Virus record (IMG/VR): IMGVR_UViG_3300048582_000136
Coordinates: 1 to 64,000 of that record
Length of the DNA stretch: 64,000 nt
Direction: 5' to 3' (one strand)
Source: a virus
Numbering within the stretch: the first letter of the stretch is position 1; the number at the start of each line of letters is the position of its first letter. The notes under the pieces were generated by a model. It was not told where the DNA came from and made no database searches. It saw only the letters and a program-made list of their open reading frames with translations. Both the position numbers and the translations under genes were made by a program. Below are positions 26,701 to 37,204 of this stretch, piece after piece.

Positions 26701-29700
26701 AAAAGCATGTCAAACCGGGACTGAGCCCTCAAAGCCCCATCCGGATAACCTTCAAAGTCCTTCGGCGTTAGCTGCTTGGTCACATGGCTGTATATCCGCT
26801 GGGCCTGCACCAGAGCCCGGTTGTCCATCTTCATCGACGAGGCCAAGGCTACCTGGATCTGACGAAAAGCAGACTTCTGCTGTGGGTCCATGTCGAACCC
26901 GTAGCCGATGAAGAAGTTGACCGACTGGTCTGCATTGGCTCGAACCGTGATCTCTTCACCCGGTTTGGTCGCCACGCTCATCGGATCAAAGTGGCTTTTG
27001 ACCTTGGTCTCGAACCGCTCCATCAGGGCTTGGATCCTGAGATCTACCGGAGCTCCTGTGGTCTGGTTCATCACTGAGCCAGCCGGAAGCTGCACTCGGG
27101 TATCCCCATTCAACACAGCTCCCGTGTTCAGAAGGATGTTCGAGAACATGTCGATCTTCTGGGTGGCCGGCAGACCCAAAAGCTTCCGGATCCAGGCGGT
27201 AGCCTTGAAGACCAACTGACGCAGAGGAGTCCGGACCTTCGTCTTCCGCATCACTTCGATCAGGTTCTGGTTCGACAGGGTCCAGGCCATGAACTCGTTA
27301 AGGGCAATGGCCTTGCCCAGAGCATCACCCTGCATCAGGGCATCTGCGATCTGGCGCTGCACGACCTGTGCCACGTTCAGAACCGCCCCGTCTTCCTGCT
27401 CGAGATCCCGACGCAAGGTCCGGCTGAAGTCCATGTCCAGGAACTGGTTCATCATGGCTTCGAGGTTCTGGATCGCAGCCTGCTGCACCTCATCAAGGCT
27501 CGAAGGATCAGCATAGCCCTGGTAGACCACTTCGAGGGTGGCCGTGTGCAAAGCTTCGTGCAGGACGGTTTCCCCTGCCATGTTGGCGATGTAGACCACC
27601 CGGTTGTTGATGTCGGTTTGGCCTTTGTCTATCGCCGCTGTCCCGATCATGTCGGGATAGGTTTCGTTTCTGTAGGCGGTCAGCTCTTCGCTGGAGCCAA
27701 AGAGAAAGGTGAAGTCTGGCAGCGTCTTCTGGATCATCGCCATGACGTCACGGGCTTCTTTCGTCACCCCTTCTGACTGCATCATTTTGGCCATCGCCTT
27801 CGCAGTCATGCGGGTGATAGGCCTATACCCCATCTCAACCCCAAACCGCTTAACCTTCTGGGCAAACCCATCCGAAGCCGGTTCCACACTCGGTTGAGCC
27901 AGCTCATCCTGCCGCTTGTCGGTGAGCTTCCTGAGCTCTTCTTCATAACGGAAGTTCAGCCAGTCGACGAGCTTGGTGTCGTAGTTCGGGTCACCCGGAT
28001 CCGCATCGAAGACTTCGCCGTCGTTGTTGTGTGGTGCCCGACCAGACGCCATGTGGTCCATCGAAAACTCGATCGACTTCATCACGTTCTTTCGGGCCTG
28101 CACTTCCCGAGCGATCTGGTTCAGCTCACCACTGAGCTGGCTTGCCACCTGAGTCATGGCCTTGACCAGACCATCGGGAGCCACCTCTTCCAGACCCATC
28201 GTCTTGGCGATCTCCATGAGAGCAGCCGAATCCTTGATGTCCGCGAAGGGTCCGCTCTTCCCTTGGCGGGTAAAGTCCGCAAAGCTATCAGCCAGGTCCT
28301 TCGGCCCGTTGTCGTTCATCCAGGCATCGGCGACAGCCTTGTTGATCTTCTGCGAGATCGTGGTGATCCCATCGGCCGGCATTTCGAGACCGTCGAAGAC
28401 GGCCAGCACACGGAGATCCGGGTCTTCTGACAGGAAGTAGTTGACCATCATCATCGCGTCACCACGAGAGATCGTCATCATGGCTGCTGCAGCCACACCC
28501 GCATCGGTTGGTTCGGGAAGTCTTGTGCTTTCCCCATATTTGCCATCCAGGCTCCGGGTGAAGCTGTAGGAGGATTTGACACTTTCCGAACCCGACAGGT
28601 TCAGGTGGTTCTCGTTCGAGTCAGCCGGTTCGATCACAGCCCCGAAGCGGGACATTCTGCGGTAGACCTCGTTGTAGTCATCCTGGCTCAGGAACTCGCC
28701 CTTCTCCAGCTTACCTGAAGCCCACTGACTATCCCGCAGCTCCCGCACGGCTTGCCGGAAGTGGGCGATCATCGTCTGCGACTGGATCTGGGTAGCCCGC
28801 TGCAAGACAGCGTTCACTTCCAGCGGGTTGGCCATCACCTGCCCGATCCCAGACCGCATCGGGTTGATCAGGATTTGGCGCAGGTTGTGAGAGAACATCT
28901 CCCGGTTTGCCGCATCAAGGACGAAGTCCTTTGGCCGACGCAGCTTCAAAGGCGCCTTCTTGCCTTTCGACGTCTTGTCGGTCGTGTAGAACCGGTCTTC
29001 CTTCTTGTTGTAGAGCACACGGCTCGAGGCCAGCACCATCAGATCCTGGATCACCGTGCCGTATCCTGCCATGCCCGGCAGATCCTCCAGACCAAGGTTC
29101 TGGTTACCGGTCTCTGCCCGCTTCATCTCAAGCTCGGTGAGGCGTTCGTAGAAGGCTTCCAAGAGGGCTCCGGCCACCTTGTCGGCGATACCATTCGCAC
29201 CTGAACCATAGACGGTCACGGTCAGAGGGTTCTTCAGAAGGCCCCGCTTGATCGTCAGCTCACCAGTCGCCTCATTGTAGGAGAAGTCCCCAGAGAAGGC
29301 ATTGAGGAACCGCAGCATGGCGTCAGCGTGCTGCTCCCCACCCTTTGCCTTCATCTCGCCGATCTTGGCCTTGAGGAACACTTCGGCCCCCATGGCGGCG
29401 ATGTTGTAGAGGTCCTTGTCCGCCTTGTTGTTCTGGAACTGGTCGTTCAAGGTGCGATCCCGGCGACCCAGGAAGAACCCGCCACGGGCAAAGTTCTTCA
29501 ATTCGGCAACCGTGAATTTCCCCTTCGAGTGGTTCACCAAGGCAGCCATCGGACCATCAGTCTTGCCGTCGGCTTCGAGCGACAGGAAGTGCCGGAAGTT
29601 CGACCGGGCTCCAGCTTCGTTGGATCCCATCGCAGCCTGGTATTGAGCCACAGCCAGAAGCGAGTGGATCAGTTTCTCATTGCCGCCACCGGCCTTCTTC

Positions 29701-32700
29701 ACCTCTGCTGCAAAAGCCTGACCCTGTTCCGGGGTCATGGTGCCCGTGCGGACGAACTCCACTAGAGCATCGACAGCACCGCTGTATTTCGTCATGAAAG
29801 CAGCTTCGGTGTCAGCCGCGGTCTTGGCGTGCTTGTAGGCCGGATCAGCTTGTCCCGGCTCTTCGTAGACCAACTCGGTCTTCACCAGCCCGGAGGACTG
29901 GGCGACGGTGAGCCAGAAGAGATGACGGTGCTCCGTGTTGTCGAGATCGAGAACCGACTCCGTCGAAGCCCAAGCTTCCCGCATTGTCTTGTTGGCTTGC
30001 GGGTTGAAGCCGTCCTGGTGGATCCGCTCGTTCGATACCGCATAGACGTCGAAATGGGTCACCACCTCGTCAGGGTTCTTGCCGGCCTTTGCCGCATGAG
30101 CCTCGAGACGGATGTTGTGTGCCACCACACCCTCCCAGCTCTTCTGCAGCTGGGTGTTCCGGCCTTCGACCGACAGCCGGTGCTCGGTGTTCATCAGGTC
30201 GGGGATTACCTTCTGGAATCCCATCAGGTCCATCCATGCGTCCTGACCAATGCCCTGCATCAGGTTCACAAAGGGGGTGTTGCGGTAGAACTTCTGTTCC
30301 TGGTGCCGACGCAGAGCTTTCTGCATCTTGGCTCCCAGACGACCGATCATGTTGCGTTTTTGCTTGGCCCGCACTTTGGCGGGCGGCTCGTCGAAGTAGT
30401 AAGGTTTCTCATCCTGCTCGAGGAAGTTTTCCTTCAGGAATGACCGGGCATAGGTGAGCTTCTTCAGACGCTCGTCCGTGTTCGGGTGCGAGGTCTTGAT
30501 CGCAATCGCCGTCACGGTCTTGCCTTCACGCTCGATCTCGATCGGGCTTTCTTCGGTCAGCTTGTCCCGCATCAGCGAAAGGAGATCCGAAGCCAGACCT
30601 TGAGCAATGCCGAGGCTGTCCGTCATCGGGGCATCCCCGTTGATCTGGGCGCCCCAGAACTCCATGATCTCCCGAGCCAGGCTCTCCACTGCCAGCGAGC
30701 CAGAGACAGCATTCCGGCTGGCCTGCATCATCTCGTGGGTCACAGCACTCTCAGGTACGCCGAACATCTTGGCGACGTCTTCCGCATCGGGAAGCTTGGC
30801 TGGGTTGGCGTGCATGACCCAATGCAGAGCAGCCAGAGCCGCAGTCTGCAGAAGGGTCGGATCGAATTCCCCAGTGTTCTCGTCCACCAGGTTCAGGCTT
30901 CGAGCCGTGTCGATCTTGGTGAAGTCCTTTTCGCCATAGGCCAGGGCTTCAAGCGGGCTCAGGATCTCTGCCTTTTCCTCTCCCGGCTTCTTCACTGCCT
31001 TCAGGGTCTGTTGGCGCTCCATGAGCTTGTCGTTCATGCCCTGAACCAAGGCACGAACCTCTTTCTCGAGGAGGTCCTGGAAGGCTTCCTTCTGGTCTTC
31101 GGTCAGATCGTAATCAACCTTCAACTCTTCCGGCCGGCGCAGGACATCTAGAACCGTCTCGATAGGGCTGCCAGATGTAATGAGCTCCGACTTCGTCGTG
31201 TCGATCGTGTAGGCCCGGACGAACCGGGCCACACCTTTGGCCGATTTCACGAGGTTGGTAAAAGGGTTTCCTCGAACTCTTCCAGATCCCTCAGATCCTG
31301 CATCAGCCGCAGGCTCCGTTCCAACATCTTCCTCGACACTCGCTCCTGCTTCTTCCTGATCCGCCTCGTCACGCGCCTCGTCGTTTCCTTCAGAGCTTCC
31401 GCGATCTTCTCGCGCTTCTTCTTGAGGAGCCGCTTGCGCTTCTTCAGCTGCCGCTTCAAGAACCTGTCCATTTACCAGGGGAGCTCCTTGCCCAGAGGTT
31501 CCTTGTCCGACTTCTCCACTCGGGGTGTCGGAGGTGACTTCGGCTTCTCGGACTCCGACTCCGTAGTTTTCGAGGAGCTTTTCGGCGAAGTAGGTGCTGA
31601 CATTTGGGACAATCTCCGCGAGTTTCTCAGGGTTCTTCAGGTAGAGAGCCAGAAGATCTGCGAAGATCTCCTCGTCCCTTTCCTGTCCTTCATAGGTCAA
31701 CGCATAGTTCTTCAGGAACTTGTGCAGGACATGCTTGGTGTTCTGGATGAGGTCAGCGATTTCCTTTCCTACCGGAGTGCGAGGGTTATACCACTTTTGA
31801 GTGTGCGAGAGGCCAGCATTGCCACCATACTCGAGATCGTAAAGATCCACGTCGAGAAGGTGAGCCAGCTCATGCATGATCGTATGCCGATCCTGCTGGG
31901 TCTCGGTCCCGTTCATGATCCGCTTGATGACGTTTTCATGCAGGGAAATCAGGCGGTTCTCGACATTCATCGAACCAAGGGCTTCGCCCTCACCGCTGAA
32001 GCTTCGCCATCCCATGACCACATCTGTGGCCCAGTTGCTAAAGTCGAACGAGGCTTCGATGATGGTCTTGATGAGACCGTTCACAGCCGCCTCTTCGGCC
32101 GTGGACATCGGCCGGCGCACATAGGACACACCATCGATCTCGAGGGTATCCGTGCCTTCTTCCAGCGCCTTTTCGATCACGGGCTCTGCCTCGGCTTGTG
32201 GCCGGGGGGTCGGTGCTGCATCTGGGTTCTTGGTCGGACGGGTGGGTCGAACCGGTGCCGGTTCTTGTGTGGGTTCGGGCTCCGATACAGTCTCGGTTGC
32301 TACCGCGGTCTGGTTGGAGATCCGACCATCTGCTGCCACACGCTGGATCGCACCTGCCTGAACCACAGAGCTCAGGCTGCGAGCCAGGGTCTCGTAGATA
32401 TCAGCCACGGTCTGGGCATCGTTCACGATGGCCTTACCAGTGATCAGCGAGTTCTTCGACCCGGCGTTGACGTAAAGGCTTCCTGCCCCTTCATCGGTGC
32501 TCTCGATCCAGCGACCACCATCCCAGGTGCGGTAGCTCACCTTGTTGTTTTGCCCCGGACGTTTCGTCAGGGACTCGTTAGCGGCCGACACCTTGTTCTG
32601 CATATGCTCGGCGAAGTTCCGCAGGTTGTCCATCAGGCTCTGGGCCTTGGCCTTGTTTCCTGCTCGTGCAGCCGAAAGGATCTTTCCCACATGGTCCTTG

Positions 32701-34964
32701 AGACCATACTGGTTCAGGTCGTTCTGCTTGCCGGCCGACAGCACCATGTTCCGCACGGAGCCAACGGAAGCACGACCCTCTTCCACCTGCAGATCCCGCG
32801 TCAGCTGGAGCTTCGTCTCATCAAGGTCGAAGTAGAGTTCCGAAATCTGTGCGGCTGCTTCCAGACGGAGCCTCGTCGACTCCTCGAGCTGGAGACGCCC
32901 ACTGGTTGCCTGGTTCAGGATCTTGCGGACATAGGTCGGATCCACCCCGGTCGGGTTGGTATAAGCCAGCTGAACCACCTTGCCGACGGCAGCCTGCACT
33001 TCCGGGCTGCCAGCGTTCTCGTCCGTGATCTCGGGCAGGACACCCAGATCATCCTGGGTCAGCGTCGGGGCGATCTCCATCGCACGTTTGAAGATCGGGC
33101 TGCTCTGGATCGTATCCAGCTGCTCCCGCATCTGTTCGATTTCCATCCGGTATTCTGCCGGCAGCTGGGCCAGGTCAGCATCCTTCACAGCCTCGTAGAG
33201 CGCTGCCTGGTCGTTGAGCCAGAGAATGGCATCCTTGCGGGTCTGGGGATCGATCGATCCACTGGTCACTGCTTTCAGAACCGCATCTGTTGCCAGCACT
33301 CGAGGCGCCGAAGCTCCTTCAGCCAGACGCTCGTCACCCGGAGCGAACATCTTACGAACGCTTTCCGGGGTCTGGTCGATCTCGTCCTGTCCGAGGTCCA
33401 GTGCCCGACCCAGTTGGGTCACGAAATCGGCAACCGGAGCCGGAGTAGGTTTCGCTTCTGTAGCACCCTCAGAAACGACAGGTGTTGCGATCTTTTCGCG
33501 CAGTTCCGTCATCGAGGTCTGAGCGGTTTCAGCCGCTTGAGTAACCGCGGCTTTGCCCACCGGGGAAGCTGCATCACGCTTTGCATTTAGCGCTTCCACT
33601 CGGCTGTTCACAGCACCGACCACTGCATTGCCGGTTGCCTTTGCCGTCCCCACCAGAGCCTCTCTGGCAAGGCCCGGAGCCTTCACTGCAGCGGTGACAC
33701 CAGCGCCTCCAAACGCACCCAGCGCAGCCCCTTCAGCCACGCCTTCAGAGAGCTCTTGCTCGTCATTGGCGAAGGTCTGGATCCCGAGGTTCTGGTTGAA
33801 CGTCCCAGTGCCTTCCTGGAATCCTTCTTCGAGCACCTGCTTGCCGATGTCAGCCAGACCTTCCTTGAAGGATCCAACCGAGGTAGGCGAGACTTCAAAA
33901 CGCTCCACCACCTTACCTGCAGCGGCCGCCAGAGGCGCCTGCACCACAGCCGCCATCATCCCGGCGTCAGTAGCAATCTCGATAGAAGCTTCTTCGTGGC
34001 TCATGCCACTGTCGATTAGACGACGGTAATCTTCAGAACCTGCATAAAGCTGTTCCGGGCTCATCTCCATGACCCGGTTCGTGGCACCTACATAAGCAGC
34101 TCCCGACTCTCCCAGAGCCACAGCAGCCGGCACAGCGACCTTGGCCAGTTTTGTGCCTTTGCTGACACCCTGTGCTACCTTGGCAAGGCCCGCAGACGGA
34201 ACCAAAGAACCAATGTTCTGTGCCACAAAGTCGCCTGCCAGAGCGGGATCCGAAGCCACACGGGACACTGCATCACCGGCACTCTTGCCCCAGAGCTTTG
34301 CCGTCTCCCAAGCCGGGGAAGCACCTGCTGCCACAGCCTCGTCGTATTCAGCCTGGTTGTCAGCCTGATCCAGACTGCCCATGAGCTGGTTGGCTTCCGA
34401 GAACCGCTGGAAAGTCGGAGACTTTTGTTCTTCGATCCATTCGCTTCCCTTGTCGACCAGCCCGGATACAGCCGCACCAGCCCGATCGTTGATCACTCCT
34501 GTGCCCAGAGCAGCGATCGAGCCTGCCAGGTTCCAGGCGCCTTGTCCAACGGCCAGAGCCGTGTCTCCGATCACCTCGTTGTCCGAACGGGTCTGTGCCA
34601 GATCCATGCCGAAATCACGTTCAGCATCAAGCAGCCGGCCACGGTTCCTTGCCACTTCAGATCCGTATTTCAGAACCACTTCACCGTAGGGAAGCGTCCG
34701 GAGATCCTGTAGCATTTCGTTGTCGGCCAGACGGTTGCCATTGCGCTGAGCTGCGGCATAAGTCCGAAGGGTGGCATCATCTGCCATCACCAGCTTCTTG
34801 GCTTCGCTGGCCGCCGTCACCGCAGCTTTCTTCTCTTCACTCTTGGTGGGAGGAGTTGCCACAGGCGAACCAAAGCTCGCCAGCTGGTCTGACATCTTCG
34901 GCTTTCCGAACTCCTCGATCGCAACCGGGAAGAAGGATGTCGGGGAGAGCCGCGGATCAGCCAT
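23748..34964 (-). CDS. virion-encapsidated RNA polymerase (N4 gp50-like vRNAP)
   Basis: 3738 aa; motif A LEADGKTDG, motif B RGLLKNPLTVTVYGSG, motif C VFDG; I saw no Cys on reading, as known for N4 vRNAP. Confidence 0.97.
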   Translation of the reverse strand: MADPRLSPTSFFPVAIEEFGKPKMSDQLASFGSPVATPPTKSEEKKAAVTAASEAKKLVMADDATLRTYAAAQRNGNRLADNEMLQDLRTLPYGEVVLKYGSEVARNRGRLLDAERDFGMDLAQTRSDNEVIGDTALAVGQGAWNLAGSIAALGTGVINDRAGAAVSGLVDKGSEWIEEQKSPTFQRFSEANQLMGSLDQADNQAEYDEAVAAGASPAWETAKLWGKSAGDAVSRVASDPALAGDFVAQNIGSLVPSAGLAKVAQGVSKGTKLAKVAVPAAVALGESGAAYVGATNRVMEMSPEQLYAGSEDYRRLIDSGMSHEEASIEIATDAGMMAAVVQAPLAAAAGKVVERFEVSPTSVGSFKEGLADIGKQVLEEGFQEGTGTFNQNLGIQTFANDEQELSEGVAEGAALGAFGGAGVTAAVKAPGLAREALVGTAKATGNAVVGAVNSRVEALNAKRDAASPVGKAAVTQAAETAQTSMTELREKIATPVVSEGATEAKPTPAPVADFVTQLGRALDLGQDEIDQTPESVRKMFAPGDERLAEGASAPRVLATDAVLKAVTSGSIDPQTRKDAILWLNDQAALYEAVKDADLAQLPAEYRMEIEQMREQLDTIQSSPIFKRAMEIAPTLTQDDLGVLPEITDENAGSPEVQAAVGKVVQLAYTNPTGVDPTYVRKILNQATSGRLQLEESTRLRLEAAAQISELYFDLDETKLQLTRDLQVEEGRASVGSVRNMVLSAGKQNDLNQYGLKDHVGKILSAARAGNKAKAQSLMDNLRNFAEHMQNKVSAANESLTKRPGQNNKVSYRTWDGGRWIESTDEGAGSLYVNAGSKNSLITGKAIVNDAQTVADIYETLARSLSSVVQAGAIQRVAADGRISNQTAVATETVSEPEPTQEPAPVRPTRPTKNPDAAPTPRPQAEAEPVIEKALEEGTDTLEIDGVSYVRRPMSTAEEAAVNGLIKTIIEASFDFSNWATDVVMGWRSFSGEGEALGSMNVENRLISLHENVIKRIMNGTETQQDRHTIMHELAHLLDVDLYDLEYGGNAGLSHTQKWYNPRTPVGKEIADLIQNTKHVLHKFLKNYALTYEGQERDEEIFADLLALYLKNPEKLAEIVPNVSTYFAEKLLENYGVGVREAEVTSDTPSGEVGQGTSGQGAPLVNGQVLEAAAEEAQAAPQEEAREDRGSSEGNDEARDEADQEEAGASVEEDVGTEPAADAGSEGSGRVRGNPFTNLVKSAKGVARFVRAYTIDTTKSELITSGSPIETVLDVLRRPEELKVDYDLTEDQKEAFQDLLEKEVRALVQGMNDKLMERQQTLKAVKKPGEEKAEILSPLEALAYGEKDFTKIDTARSLNLVDENTGEFDPTLLQTAALAALHWVMHANPAKLPDAEDVAKMFGVPESAVTHEMMQASRNAVSGSLAVESLAREIMEFWGAQINGDAPMTDSLGIAQGLASDLLSLMRDKLTEESPIEIEREGKTVTAIAIKTSHPNTDERLKKLTYARSFLKENFLEQDEKPYYFDEPPAKVRAKQKRNMIGRLGAKMQKALRRHQEQKFYRNTPFVNLMQGIGQDAWMDLMGFQKVIPDLMNTEHRLSVEGRNTQLQKSWEGVVAHNIRLEAHAAKAGKNPDEVVTHFDVYAVSNERIHQDGFNPQANKTMREAWASTESVLDLDNTEHRHLFWLTVAQSSGLVKTELVYEEPGQADPAYKHAKTAADTEAAFMTKYSGAVDALVEFVRTGTMTPEQGQAFAAEVKKAGGGNEKLIHSLLAVAQYQAAMGSNEAGARSNFRHFLSLEADGKTDGPMAALVNHSKGKFTVAELKNFARGGFFLGRRDRTLNDQFQNNKADKDLYNIAAMGAEVFLKAKIGEMKAKGGEQHADAMLRFLNAFSGDFSYNEATGELTIKRGLLKNPLTVTVYGSGANGIADKVAGALLEAFYERLTELEMKRAETGNQNLGLEDLPGMAGYGTVIQDLMVLASSRVLYNKKEDRFYTTDKTSKGKKAPLKLRRPKDFVLDAANREMFSHNLRQILINPMRSGIGQVMANPLEVNAVLQRATQIQSQTMIAHFRQAVRELRDSQWASGKLEKGEFLSQDDYNEVYRRMSRFGAVIEPADSNENHLNLSGSESVKSSYSFTRSLDGKYGESTRLPEPTDAGVAAAAMMTISRGDAMMMVNYFLSEDPDLRVLAVFDGLEMPADGITTISQKINKAVADAWMNDNGPKDLADSFADFTRQGKSGPFADIKDSAALMEIAKTMGLEEVAPDGLVKAMTQVASQLSGELNQIAREVQARKNVMKSIEFSMDHMASGRAPHNNDGEVFDADPGDPNYDTKLVDWLNFRYEEELRKLTDKRQDELAQPSVEPASDGFAQKVKRFGVEMGYRPITRMTAKAMAKMMQSEGVTKEARDVMAMIQKTLPDFTFLFGSSEELTAYRNETYPDMIGTAAIDKGQTDINNRVVYIANMAGETVLHEALHTATLEVVYQGYADPSSLDEVQQAAIQNLEAMMNQFLDMDFSRTLRRDLEQEDGAVLNVAQVVQRQIADALMQGDALGKAIALNEFMAWTLSNQNLIEVMRKTKVRTPLRQLVFKATAWIRKLLGLPATQKIDMFSNILLNTGAVLNGDTRVQLPAGSVMNQTTGAPVDLRIQALMERFETKVKSHFDPMSVATKPGEEITVRANADQSVNFFIGYGFDMDPQQKSAFRQIQVALASSMKMDNRALVQAQRIYSHVTKQLTPKDFEGYPDGALRAQSRFDMLLGKYGYETDPEGRSNLLASFLALSQVDPEFRKVLDRIELPKDRQVSFGSMDEFLTSVANSGLDTLATAASGSGLGSRSTKDALDRLSLVLSEIDKDDRLWIEKQTQGFADKLDAKSAEFLSKAGERLGQWADNEAQKSLGQQRNAIKTSIRNGAAIVAALIDNNRGKAMGSALVSMGNQAQKVPTALVELMNEVIGITDENRGVLGLVNKVKAAVSAMRQDYREEVPRLIAEKFTRELSSEEWSSLHLVWGKTDAGSLRAYYSGADVRKLVTDKAYLAQEIQQREDELKASHRSHAAFFRKAKELAKFMVNGEVTNNNLLRNANAIAALMGENGKGTDDAAVIELIDILTTLYALENVGQDDINRVALLADTEAEGIDFLTGYLWATAQDEQAKIQTDAARFNHYKGYIPSERADGVSLLVRDDSEHDSLVAQGYTRMGDYKGAGVESGKKGYYFSTVSGNGTYTQGVMQTIQQSAAGIDPRTGRTVTGATAGVISGKYLSIIQQRLRNVQKGPVEALLPVYDAKGQVVAYERHIAPHALAMLERNTHMGEMLGAWRGRQAEEELGQEFNKTLIDNLKKVWDRDKGTKASEFVDLSQSQDKVHIDSWEMVPNDLRAYIKEVFGDDGFPIRKDMLNNAVGYRAASITDPWTGISRMRPEMQEGFRKVTTAVFGDNAFKVLATSEKAIQAGVSVVKSTIVVRSIVIPMANMASNFLQLAMHGVGVREMYQGYQTKLLEITKYQKHEKRRIDIEAELTAQRNNPDAVRRLQAELKSIEDANRRMSIWDLIEAGEFASISEGVTDADAALTSGKYAEYIQGLMDKVPAKLGNFGRYAFITRDTALFQGMARAMQYGDFLAKGVLYDHLRVQGKSKDEAIQGITEEFVNYNLLPGRTRSYADAMGLVWFPAFKLRSIKIARQHIINHPFRALMLTLGNPIMPEVPGLSLGSPIEDNLLSVTADGRLGYSIGPGMAFNAPSLHPWVNLMN

Positions 34965-35045
34965 ATTTTTCCTCAGATAATGCGGGGAAACCTATCAAGG
35001 TTTCCCCAGACTATCGGAGGGATATCACACAAAGATCAGTTTGAT

Positions 35046-37202
35046 CTAGGGCCTATTCGCATATTCAGCATCTGCCCGAACAGCTTGCTCAAGAAGCATT
35101 TCAAGCGCCCTGATCTGTTCCGGCGATCCACCCTGCTCTTTCAAGGTATCTACAGCCGTTGTCAGAATTCGCACCTGCGTTTCCGGCGATGCTTTCGACA
35201 GTCCGGCCAGATCGATACCACCTTCAGTAGCCACTTGGAGAGCGTCGTCCACCACCTTCATCGCAGCTTGACGAATGGCCGTTTCCGGACCGCCCGGTGC
35301 AGCCGTGGTTGGTTGGGTTGTGGGTTGGGTCGAAGTCGTGTTGGGCTTTTCGCCCTTGTCTGACTTTGCCGGCTCATCCTTCTTTCCGAAACTGTATCCG
35401 CGCTCCACTGTCAGAGCGGCTTCCACCAGCTTCGCAGCCTTGGCTTCCCACTTCGCCGCAGCTTCTTCATCACCGCGATCAAGTGCACGAGCCTGAGCCT
35501 GGTTCACCTTGGCCAGATCGGTGCGAAGGCTTTCCGCAGCCGCCTTGGCTTCGTTGATCTCCGACAGCTTCTCAGAGCCGTTTCGCTTCTGCTCCGGCGT
35601 CAAGTAGGACTTTACCAGCTCCATTGCCGTGTCGGTGTTGACGTAGGTGTTCCCCCACTTCTCACCACCCGGCAGAACTCCACTCACCCAGCCAGCGTAT
35701 TCCGCACTCTCATAGAGCACAGCTGCAGCTTCACCAGGAGAAATGGTGATCCCTTCTTCTTTGGCTTGGCGCACCACCGTATTGATGGCATCCGTAGCCC
35801 AACCTTTACCATCTTCGGTCGTGTTTCCCAGGTTCTCAGCCAGCTTCACAGCCGGATCGGTGCCGTAGTCATCGGCCGTCGATTGGATCCGAATGGTAGG
35901 GTTGTTCTTGGTAGTGTCAGCCACCACCATGTCCAGCTGATCCAGGCTGCGCGAGGCATCAGCCATACCTGGAATGGCACTGGCTTTCAGCGGATCGTAG
36001 GTTGTCGCAAAGGCATTCTGTACCGCAGGATCGTTCTGTGCCGCCAGAACCGCCGCAGCTTTCACATCATCCGAAGCATCTGACTGATTGATGAGACCAG
36101 CCACATCTTCGGGAAGGTCAGCACCCTTGGCAGCTTCACGAGCCAGATCCAAACCTGCCTGAGCGACAGCCTTCTGAACGTCTGCCTCGTAGTCCGCCTC
36201 ACGGGCTCGACCAACGTTGTAGCCTTCTTGCTCTTGCGCCCGAGCATCGTCGGACTGGGGATCCCAGAAGTCCATGCCGAGAAGGTTGTTCTCGGGAACC
36301 AGATCGGCAACACCAGTTCTTCCCAGACCCTTCCCACCATGCTTTGCAGCGTAGTCAGACAGGCTCGTTCCAAAGCTGTCAGCAGGGTTATACTGGCCCC
36401 CACTTTCAACATACCGTATGGCTCCACCAGCACCACCAAGGTGACCCATGGCGACGAGCGCACCCATGTCCAGGGTCTGACCATTCACGACAGCCCCCAC
36501 ATAGGGTGCAAGCTTGTTCTCGAGGTCCGCGAAGTGCCAGTCTTCCGCCGCAAGTTGGGCAGCACGCCCTTCAGGCGTATCGGATCCAAACTGGTCGAAG
36601 GTCATGCCGGCAGGGATCACCCCTGCATTGACCGCATCTGCAAACCGGTCTTGGCCAAATTGGACTCGACCCACATGACCACGCTTCCCACCAGAACCAA
36701 CTTCGTTGTTTCTGGCTCCAAAGTTTCCACCGCTTTCCGTGCCGATCAGCGAAGCACGGTAGCCTCCTTCTTTGGCGGCCAACAGATCTCCCACCAAAGC
36801 CGCTTCCTGATCTTCACGAGCAATCCTGCGACCAAAATCAGTTTGAGCCCGGCCGTCCGCATTGCGGGTGGCGTTATTGTTGATCCGGGTAGTATCGAAG
36901 CCCATACCCTTGCCCATGAGACCCAAATAGGCTTCACGAGTTTCAGCGTTCATGTCTTCCGGACGCAACACCGACCCGATCTGAGACAAGGCGCCGGCAA
37001 CATCTCCGGAGCCTTGGATCCCCGCCAAAATGGGAAGAGCCGCTGCAGAGCGACGGTCCATCTGGTCTTGACGGGCATTCCGGAACGCACTGGCGATCCC
37101 TGTCCCACCATTACCGATTTGGGTCGCCGCAGCGTTCAGGATGTCCGCAGCACGGCCGACATCAGGCGCATCAACGTTCTGCCATGTGAGACGACCGGCC
37201 AT
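35046..37202 (-). CDS. ejection/internal virion protein with lysozyme/SLT-like domain (N4 gp51-like)
   Basis: LTWQNVDAPD N-terminus; LIGTESGG...G.VQFG...HLGGAGG lysozyme-like core. Confidence 0.8.
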   Translation of the reverse strand: MAGRLTWQNVDAPDVGRAADILNAAATQIGNGGTGIASAFRNARQDQMDRRSAAALPILAGIQGSGDVAGALSQIGSVLRPEDMNAETREAYLGLMGKGMGFDTTRINNNATRNADGRAQTDFGRRIAREDQEAALVGDLLAAKEGGYRASLIGTESGGNFGARNNEVGSGGKRGHVGRVQFGQDRFADAVNAGVIPAGMTFDQFGSDTPEGRAAQLAAEDWHFADLENKLAPYVGAVVNGQTLDMGALVAMGHLGGAGGAIRYVESGGQYNPADSFGTSLSDYAAKHGGKGLGRTGVADLVPENNLLGMDFWDPQSDDARAQEQEGYNVGRAREADYEADVQKAVAQAGLDLAREAAKGADLPEDVAGLINQSDASDDVKAAAVLAAQNDPAVQNAFATTYDPLKASAIPGMADASRSLDQLDMVVADTTKNNPTIRIQSTADDYGTDPAVKLAENLGNTTEDGKGWATDAINTVVRQAKEEGITISPGEAAAVLYESAEYAGWVSGVLPGGEKWGNTYVNTDTAMELVKSYLTPEQKRNGSEKLSEINEAKAAAESLRTDLAKVNQAQARALDRGDEEAAAKWEAKAAKLVEAALTVERGYSFGKKDEPAKSDKGEKPNTTSTQPTTQPTTAAPGGPETAIRQAAMKVVDDALQVATEGGIDLAGLSKASPETQVRILTTAVDTLKEQGGSPEQIRALEMLLEQAVRADAEYANRP

Positions 37203-37204
37203 GC

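Noticed and set aside
24432-33590. Long + strand ORFs opposite the vRNAP (597 aa, 722 aa), and likewise 4862..6370, 41771..43174 and 51872..53329
   Set aside because: Antisense shadows caused by biased codon usage in the real genes; no motifs or RBS.
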